This document shows, one piece after another, positions 58,151-64,000 of a DNA stretch of 64,000 nt. The notes beneath the pieces were generated by a model. That model ran no database searches and was not told the DNA's origin. It was given only the letters and a program-made list of their open reading frames with translations. Within the stretch, counting starts at the first letter, position 1, and each line of letters starts with the position of its first letter. Both the position numbers and the translations under genes were made by a program. Source of the stretch: Dehalococcoidia bacterium (GTDB lineage: Bacteria; Chloroflexota; Dehalococcoidia; Bin125); contig OY820591.1 in NCBI GenBank assembly GCA_963555985.3, positions 1,440,001-1,504,000 on the forward strand, read 5' to 3'.

Positions 58151-59128
58151 ATGGTTCGGCTCTTTCGGCGCTTGCGATCCTCCCAGGCAGACGCGCAGGA
58201 GGACGACGAACTGAAGCAAGAGTTCGCCCGCAGCGTCGAAGCCACGCGCCGCGGCAGGCTGGGCGCGCTGACCAGCCTGCTGCGGCGCAGTCAGGTCGAC
58301 GAGGACTTCTGGGACGAACTCGAAGAGACGCTCATCTTGGGCGACATCGGCGGCGGTGTCAGCGCCCGTTGGGTCGAAGAGTTGCGTGAGGACGCGCGCG
58401 GACAATCGGGCGCGGAAATCCGCTCGCTCCTGCGCGAACGCATGGTCTCGACCTTGGAACGTCCCAGCGCGGGCGGCGCGCTCTGGAACGGAACCGAGGG
58501 GACGGCCGAGCCGCCCCAAGTCGTATTGGTGGTCGGAGTCAACGGCGCGGGCAAGACGACGTCGATCGCAAAGCTCGCGCACGCCTACCAATCCGAAGGC
58601 AAGACCGTACTCCTGGCCGCCGCCGACACCTTCCGCGTCGCCGCGATTGAGCAGCTTCAGACCTGGGGTGAGCGCCTCGACATCCCCGTCATCGCCCATC
58701 GTCAAGGCTCCGACCCGGGCGCGGTCGCATACGATGCGCTCGATGCCGCCCTCTCGCGCGGGATCGACGTCGTGCTCGTGGATACCGCCGGACGCCTCCA
58801 AACCCAGCGCAATCTGATGGCCGAACTGGGCAAAGTCAGGCGCGTGATCGAGGGCAAGTGCCCCGGCGCGCCGCACGAGGTCTTGCTCGTGCTCGACGCC
58901 ACCAGCGGCCAGAACGCGCTCAGTCAGGCGCGACAGTTCTCCCAGGCAACCGGCGTGACCGCGGTCTGCCTGGCCAAGCTCGACGGCACCAGCAAAGGCG
59001 GCATCGTCTTCGCCATCGCCGAAGAGCTCGGCATCCCCGTCCGCTTCGCCGGTACCGGCGAGCGCCCGGACGACATCGCACCATTCGATCCCGGCGCATT
59101 CGTCGACGCACTCCTCGCCGACGACTAA
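58151..59128 (+). CDS. ftsY: Signal recognition particle receptor FtsY
   Basis: [53 protein letters not shown]. Confidence 0.97.
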   Translation: MVRLFRRLRSSQADAQEDDELKQEFARSVEATRRGRLGALTSLLRRSQVDEDFWDELEETLILGDIGGGVSARWVEELREDARGQSGAEIRSLLRERMVSTLERPSAGGALWNGTEGTAEPPQVVLVVGVNGAGKTTSIAKLAHAYQSEGKTVLLAAADTFRVAAIEQLQTWGERLDIPVIAHRQGSDPGAVAYDALDAALSRGIDVVLVDTAGRLQTQRNLMAELGKVRRVIEGKCPGAPHEVLLVLDATSGQNALSQARQFSQATGVTAVCLAKLDGTSKGGIVFAIAEELGIPVRFAGTGERPDDIAPFDPGAFVDALLADD

Positions 59129-59161
59129 ACCGAACCGCGTTCAGCTGACTATCTTGAGCGC

Positions 59162-59812
59162 ATGGACTTCATTCACGCTGCATGGACACCGGCCGGCGAC
59201 GGCCCCTACCCCACTCTGATCGCTCTGCACGGACACGGCGCGCATTGTCAGGATCTCGCCCCGCTCGCGCCCTTGCTCTGCGAGGGGCAGCTCCAAGTGA
59301 TCTGCCCTCAAGCCGAGTTCCGGTTGGAGGACGCCCCCTACTCCTACGCCCCGATGTTCACCTGGATGCGCCGAGGCGCGAACGATCGCCCGCTGGACGG
59401 CGAACTAGCCCGCGTCGCCTCCGCTCTCTCCGGATTCGTGGACGCCGCCCGCGAGCGCTATGACATCGACTCCCAACGTCTGGCGCTGATGGGATTCTCC
59501 CAGGGCGGCTCGCTCGCCTACCGCCTCGCTCTCAGCGAGCCGCAGCGCTGGCGCGGCGCGGCCATGCTCTCCACCTGGCTCGGCGACGAAGCAGCCGCAG
59601 ACATCCACCCCGAAGCCTCCTCACTCCCGCTCTTGGTGCAGCACGGAACCAGCGATCCGCTGGTCACGATCGACCGCGGGCGCGACTCGCGCGACAAACT
59701 GACGGCCTTGGGCATGGCGCTCGATTACCGCGAGTATCCAATGCAGCACGAGATCGGGCGTGCCAGCCTGCACGACCTCTCCGCCTGGTTGGCGGACTTG
59801 CTGCTCAAGTAG
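59162..59812 (+). CDS. Phospholipase/carboxylesterase (alpha/beta hydrolase)
   Basis: LHG.G, GFSQGG nucleophile elbow, HG..DP.V, Y.M.HEI. Confidence 0.9.
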   Translation: MDFIHAAWTPAGDGPYPTLIALHGHGAHCQDLAPLAPLLCEGQLQVICPQAEFRLEDAPYSYAPMFTWMRRGANDRPLDGELARVASALSGFVDAARERYDIDSQRLALMGFSQGGSLAYRLALSEPQRWRGAAMLSTWLGDEAAADIHPEASSLPLLVQHGTSDPLVTIDRGRDSRDKLTALGMALDYREYPMQHEIGRASLHDLSAWLADLLLK

Positions 59813-59853
59813 CGCGCCCGCGGTCAAGCGGGCCAACGAAACGGACGCCGCCA

Positions 59854-61590
59854 ATGACGACGCTCACAACCGAACCACAGACGATGCTGGAAATCTGCAA
59901 GCTCGAAGAGCTGCAGAATGACGGTGTGAAGGTGGTCTCAGTCCAGGGCCGCACCGTGGCCCTGTTCTGGCACCAGGACGCGGTCTGGGCGGTAGACAAC
60001 CGCTGCCCCCACATGGGCTTCCCCCTCAGCCAGGGCACCGTCGCCGATGGCATCCTCACCTGTCATTGGCACCACGCGAAATTTGATCTCGCTGGCGGCT
60101 GTACCTTCGATCCCTTCGCCGACGATGTCGCCTCCTTCCGCGCCGAAGTCCGCGACGGAACCGTCTGGCTCGATCCGGAACCGGTCGAGGAAGAGCGGAT
60201 CGCGCACTGGACCCGCAAACTCCGCGAGGGGCTTGAGCAAAATCTGCGCCTCGTGATCGCCAAATCCGTGCTCGGCCTCTGCGAGGCCGGACGCGAGCGC
60301 GAAGTCCTGCGCGAAGCCGCCCTCTTCGGCGTCCAAAACCGCGCCTCCGGCTGGGCCAGCGGACTCTCCATCCTCACCGCCATGGCCAACGTCGCTCCGC
60401 ATTTGCGCGAGCAAGACCGCGCCCGCGCCCTCTATCACGGCGTCGTCCACGTCGCCCGCGATGTCCAGGGTCAGCCGCCCGACTTCGACCTCGCCCCGCT
60501 AGACACCGCCGAACAGCGTCCGGAGCAATTCCGCGCCTGGTTCCGGCGTTTCGCCGAAGTGCGCTCGCGCGACGCCTCCGAGCGCTGTCTGCGCACCGCA
60601 GCAGCAGCCGGTCTCGATTCTGAGCAATTGGCCGACCTGATCTTCGCCGCCGCCACCGACCACCTCTTCATGGACATCGGGCACACGCTCGACTTCGCCA
60701 ACAAAGCCTGCGAACTGCTCGATCACATCGGCTGGGAACACGGCCCGGACATCCTCAGCAGCGTGATCCCCACCGTCACCGGCGCGCAGCGGATGGAAGA
60801 GACCTCCGCTTGGCAGCATCCCGTGCACCTGCCGCAGCTGATCGCCGAAGCGAACCTCGCGCTGGACGAGGCGCTGATGATCGGCGGCGAGCGGCGGACC
60901 GACTGGGATGGCCACCGCGCCGTCGCCGAGTCGATTCTTGATGACGAACCCGCCGACTCGCTCCGCACCATCGTCAACGCCGTGCGTGACGGCGCGCCGC
61001 TCTCCGAACTCAGCTTGGCTGTCGCCTACGCCGCCGCGAGGCGCCCCGCGCACTTCCACATCTCCAACGAATTCGGCGACTGGAACACCGTCCACCACAC
61101 CTTCACCTACACCAACGCGGTCGACCGCGCGATGCAGCGCGCCTCCTCACGCGAACTCGCGCGCGGCATCCTCGACGGTGCCATGTCCGTCTACCTCGAG
61201 CGCTTCCTCAACCTCCCCAAACAAGCCATGCCGCGCGGTCACCGCAACGGCGCCGTCGCCGAGCACGTGCTCGCCCACTTCGACCGCCAGCAGCAGGTCG
61301 ACGAGACCGCCCAAACGGTCGCCGACCTCCTCGCCGCCGGCGAGCGCGAAACGGTCATCCAGACCCTCGGTCAAGCCCTCCTCCGCGAGGATGCCGGCTT
61401 CCACTCGTTCCAGATCTACGAGGCTGCCCTGCGCCTCGTCGCCCGCTTCGGAGACCGACCGGAGGCCGACGAAGTCCTCATCGGCGCCTCTCGCTTCCTC
61501 ACCGCCCACGCCCCCACCGTCCGCTCAATGGGCCAAACCTGGGAAACCGCCCGCCGTCTCCACCGAGGCGAAGCCCTCCACGCCGGCTAA
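59854..61590 (+). CDS. Rieske [2Fe-2S] domain protein with large helical C-terminal region
   Basis: N.CPHMGFPL..G...G.LTCHWH...FDL..G. Confidence 0.88.
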   Translation: MTTLTTEPQTMLEICKLEELQNDGVKVVSVQGRTVALFWHQDAVWAVDNRCPHMGFPLSQGTVADGILTCHWHHAKFDLAGGCTFDPFADDVASFRAEVRDGTVWLDPEPVEEERIAHWTRKLREGLEQNLRLVIAKSVLGLCEAGREREVLREAALFGVQNRASGWASGLSILTAMANVAPHLREQDRARALYHGVVHVARDVQGQPPDFDLAPLDTAEQRPEQFRAWFRRFAEVRSRDASERCLRTAAAAGLDSEQLADLIFAAATDHLFMDIGHTLDFANKACELLDHIGWEHGPDILSSVIPTVTGAQRMEETSAWQHPVHLPQLIAEANLALDEALMIGGERRTDWDGHRAVAESILDDEPADSLRTIVNAVRDGAPLSELSLAVAYAAARRPAHFHISNEFGDWNTVHHTFTYTNAVDRAMQRASSRELARGILDGAMSVYLERFLNLPKQAMPRGHRNGAVAEHVLAHFDRQQQVDETAQTVADLLAAGERETVIQTLGQALLREDAGFHSFQIYEAALRLVARFGDRPEADEVLIGASRFLTAHAPTVRSMGQTWETARRLHRGEALHAG

Positions 61591-61615
61591 GCAAAGCAGG
61601 GCGCTGCTCAATAGA

Positions 61616-61776
61616 ACTCCGTCATACCCGCGCTTGCCGCGGAGCCTGTCCCCGCGAAGAGAGACCGTTGCAGATTGGCATTCCCGCCGCTCTCGTCATT
61701 CCAGCGAAAGCTGGAATCTCGCCCGACCAGATATACCGAACTCCGAACGAGATTCCAGGTCAAGCCTGGAATGACG
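61616..61776. repeat. Cluster of REP-like palindromes including an inverted pair
   Basis: CGTCATTCCAGCGAAAGCTGGAATCTC (61694-61720), inverted GAGATTCCAGGTCAAGCCTGGAATGACG (61749-61776), and a variant at 61616-61643. Confidence 0.75.
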
Positions 61777-61931
61777 GAAATGGGGATTTTGCAAAGGCCT
61801 CCGAAGGCGGGGATCACTCGCCGAGTCCAGCGCTCAAGCCCCATCCCACCCCTCCTCCCCTCCCCCACAGAACCTGGCCGCCTCCCAACTCAACTGTGCA
61901 CGCGGCAACACCGCACCCAACCCCAGACCGT

Positions 61932-62190
61932 CACAGAACGTCCGTCCACATATAATCGAGCGCAGCCAACCCCGCACCCCTCACCAACGGAACCCGTCAT
62001 GACCGCCAACACCGAATCTGGACAGACCTGGACAAACCCGGACCCATGCCTGCAATTCCGCTCTAAACAGCCCCAAACCCAGCCAAATCGAGCCAAATCT
62101 GGACTTTTCCGGACTACCTGTCGCCACATTCCCCGCTCACAACGACAAATTCGCGGTGACCGCCCAGAAATTCTCTCGTGCCCATGACTG
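61932..62190 (+). repeat. Copy C of dispersed C/A-rich intergenic element (LexA-like box and TATAAT)
   Basis: CACAGAACGTCCGTCCACATATAATC head; collinear with the reverse complement of 9090-9366. Confidence 0.75.
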
Positions 62191-62249
62191 ACACTTGCCC
62201 GCCCGCTTACATTCGGCGAATACCCTGTACGAGTGAATGAGAGGCCGCT

Positions 62250-63293
62250 ATGAGGGGACCGCTCGCGCGACTAAGTCGAAGGCAGCTCGTGATCGCCGCT
62301 GCCGCTGCCGTCGTCGGCGTGATCGTGATCGTCGTCTTGGTGATCGTGCTTTCGAGCGACGCGCCGCCGCCCGCGACGATTGAGTCCGCCGTCGAATCCG
62401 TGCGGCAGCAAGATCAGCAAGAGGCTGCCCAATCGGAGCGACAATCCGACACTGCCACCAGTGAGGCGGAAGCAGCGTCTCAGACCGAGCAACAATCAGA
62501 CGCCACAGCCGACCAGCAGTCCAGTGGGCCGCAACAGGCGGTGAGCGCCGCTGCGGAAGAAGACTCGGACGGCGAAACCAGCTCAGCGAGCGACGAAGAC
62601 AGCGCAGCGAGCGGCTACGGCGACGACTACGGCTCCACAACCGAGGACGCCACGCGACAGTCGGAGCCGGAACAAGAGCAGTCAGCCCAGGCCGAGCAAC
62701 AGGCCCAACAACAGGCCGCAGCAAGCGTCGCCGCTCCAACTTCATTGGCGGATTTGGCCGGAACCTGGACCCTCTCCGAGCGAGGCGAGTCATTCGTCGG
62801 CTATCGCATCGGCGAGGAACTCGCCAACATCGGTACCGCCACCGCCGTAGGTCGCACAGGCGAAATCACCGCCACGCTGGAGTTCGACGGCGCAGCGATC
62901 ACCTCAGTCACCATCGAAGCCGACCTGCGCACCCTCCGCAGCGATCAATCCTTCCGCGACAGCGCCCTCCGCACGCGCGGCCTGGAGACCGACACCTATC
63001 CCTTCGCCACCTTCACCTTGACCGAACCGATCGCGATCGCCGATCTGCCAGCCGCTGACGAACCGGTCAGCATCGACTGCGTGCAGGGCACGTTGGATCT
63101 GCACGGAGTGACCAACGAGGTCTGCATCGCGCTCGAAGGCCAGTTGCTAGACGGCGAACTGGTGGTGGTCGTCGGCTCAACCGAGATCGCGCTAGCCGAC
63201 TATGAGATCGAGCCGCCGACCGGCTTCCGAGTCTTGTCAATCGAAGAGGTCGGGCTCATGGAGTTTCAAATCGTCTTCGAGCGCGCCCAATGA
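62250..63293 (+). CDS. YceI-family lipid/polyisoprenoid-binding protein with TM anchor and acidic linker
   Basis: G.W......S.VGYRI.E, AVGRT, ADL.TL.SD...RD, L.T..YP.A.F, G.L.LHGVT, DY.I.PP. Confidence 0.88.
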   Translation: MRGPLARLSRRQLVIAAAAAVVGVIVIVVLVIVLSSDAPPPATIESAVESVRQQDQQEAAQSERQSDTATSEAEAASQTEQQSDATADQQSSGPQQAVSAAAEEDSDGETSSASDEDSAASGYGDDYGSTTEDATRQSEPEQEQSAQAEQQAQQQAAASVAAPTSLADLAGTWTLSERGESFVGYRIGEELANIGTATAVGRTGEITATLEFDGAAITSVTIEADLRTLRSDQSFRDSALRTRGLETDTYPFATFTLTEPIAIADLPAADEPVSIDCVQGTLDLHGVTNEVCIALEGQLLDGELVVVVGSTEIALADYEIEPPTGFRVLSIEEVGLMEFQIVFERAQ

Positions 63294-63379
63294 CCCCCGC
63301 ATCCGCGCGTTATGACGCGAAACCCCACAATTATCGGGCCAAATCGCACATAACCTACATAGTGCGATCATGAAGTGGA

Positions 63380-63706
63380 TCAGCTCCGGGTGCCCCCTGA
63401 GTCGCCGGCCGAGTTGAGATCGAACTTGAGATTGCCGAACGAGTCCTGCTGCACGTTCACGATCTCACCCTCCGCGTCGAGGTGCGCCAGGATCTGAAAC
63501 AGATCAACCTGCCGCAGGTCTTCGGACGCGTTCTCCATCAGCAGCGTCACCGACAGCCGCTCGCGCCGCCCAAGCCGTTGCGCCTCCGCTCGAAGCGCGC
63601 GCCGAACCGTATCCACATCGGCAAGCGTCGCCGCCTCGGCCTGGGCGGCCTGCTGAACCGACCGCAGCTCGCTCAGCCGCTTCCTCAGCCCCTCAAACAG
63701 TCCCAT
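63380..63706 (-). CDS. Hypothetical protein
   Basis: SD AGGAG before MGLFEGLRKRL; overlaps the upstream ORF end. Confidence 0.6.
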   Translation of the reverse strand: MGLFEGLRKRLSELRSVQQAAQAEAATLADVDTVRRALRAEAQRLGRRERLSVTLLMENASEDLRQVDLFQILAHLDAEGEIVNVQQDSFGNLKFDLNSAGDSGGTRS

Positions 63707-64000
63707 CGCTGCTCCTGTTCACCCCGATACGTTCGGCAGCCCCATCAAGCAGCGCCAGCGTATCCGGCTGCGCCGACCGCAGCGCTGAGCGCCGCTCCTC
63801 AAGCTGACCGGACACTGCCCACAGTCCGACCAGCAGTGTCGCCGCCGCTCGCCAGTCATCAACCCCGGCCGGCAACTCGTCATACGGCCCCTCGCCCCGC
63901 GCAAGGATCACCGCGCGCCGCCCCGCCGCCGCATCTGCATCAGCCCCGAACTCCTCGATCACCGCGTCGAATTCATGCGCCGCCGCCTCCAACTCGTTTC
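63693..64000 (-). CDS. Hypothetical protein, 3' part; begins beyond the window edge
   Basis: Frame is open to the window end, with helical Ala/Glu/Leu-rich composition. Confidence 0.5.
   Translation of the reverse strand, partial: NELEAAAHEFDAVIEEFGADADAAAGRRAVILARGEGPYDELPAGVDDWRAAATLLVGLWAVSGQLEERRSALRSAQPDTLALLDGAAERIGVNRSSDGTV

Noticed and set aside
59131-59143. CGAACCGCGTTCA as a LexA box
   Set aside because: The spacer between GAAC and GTTC is 3 nt rather than 4.

Overview
High-GC bacterial core-genome window. The protein styles, the long PurN, the large Alu-type SRP RNA and the Gram-positive-type LexA-like boxes suggest Chloroflexota, probably Dehalococcoidia (inference). Housekeeping content: rluB-like (partial), purN, xseAB, efp, pepP-like peptidase, aroQ, xerC, topA, dprA, CorC/HlyC, glmU, alaS-ruvX-mltG-aroE, aroC-aroKB-acyP, moeA, pheST, infC-rpmI-rplT, biotin carboxylase and carrier, thrS, three tRNAs, oppD/oppF-like ATPases, lepA, SRP RNA, rsmA, ispE, DnaQ-DinG, a tRNA nucleotidyltransferase, rnc and ftsY, plus three tandem cytochrome P450 paralogs. 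I found no CRISPR array, transposase or prophage. The most unusual signals are: (1) a dispersed ~250-bp C/A-rich intergenic element, in three clear copies and one possible copy, that starts with a LexA-like box next to a -10 hexamer and contains 10-bp-period repeats, twice preceded by a REP-like palindrome; (2) a canonically spaced CIRCE (HrcA) operator in front of an unknown 169-aa gene; (3) a 44-bp tandem duplication that frameshifts the 3' end of lepA; (4) a probable CUG start for infC; (5) a PHD-finger-like Cys4-His-Cys3 small protein; (6) several apparently leaderless genes. All calls come from reading the sequence; no searches were run.
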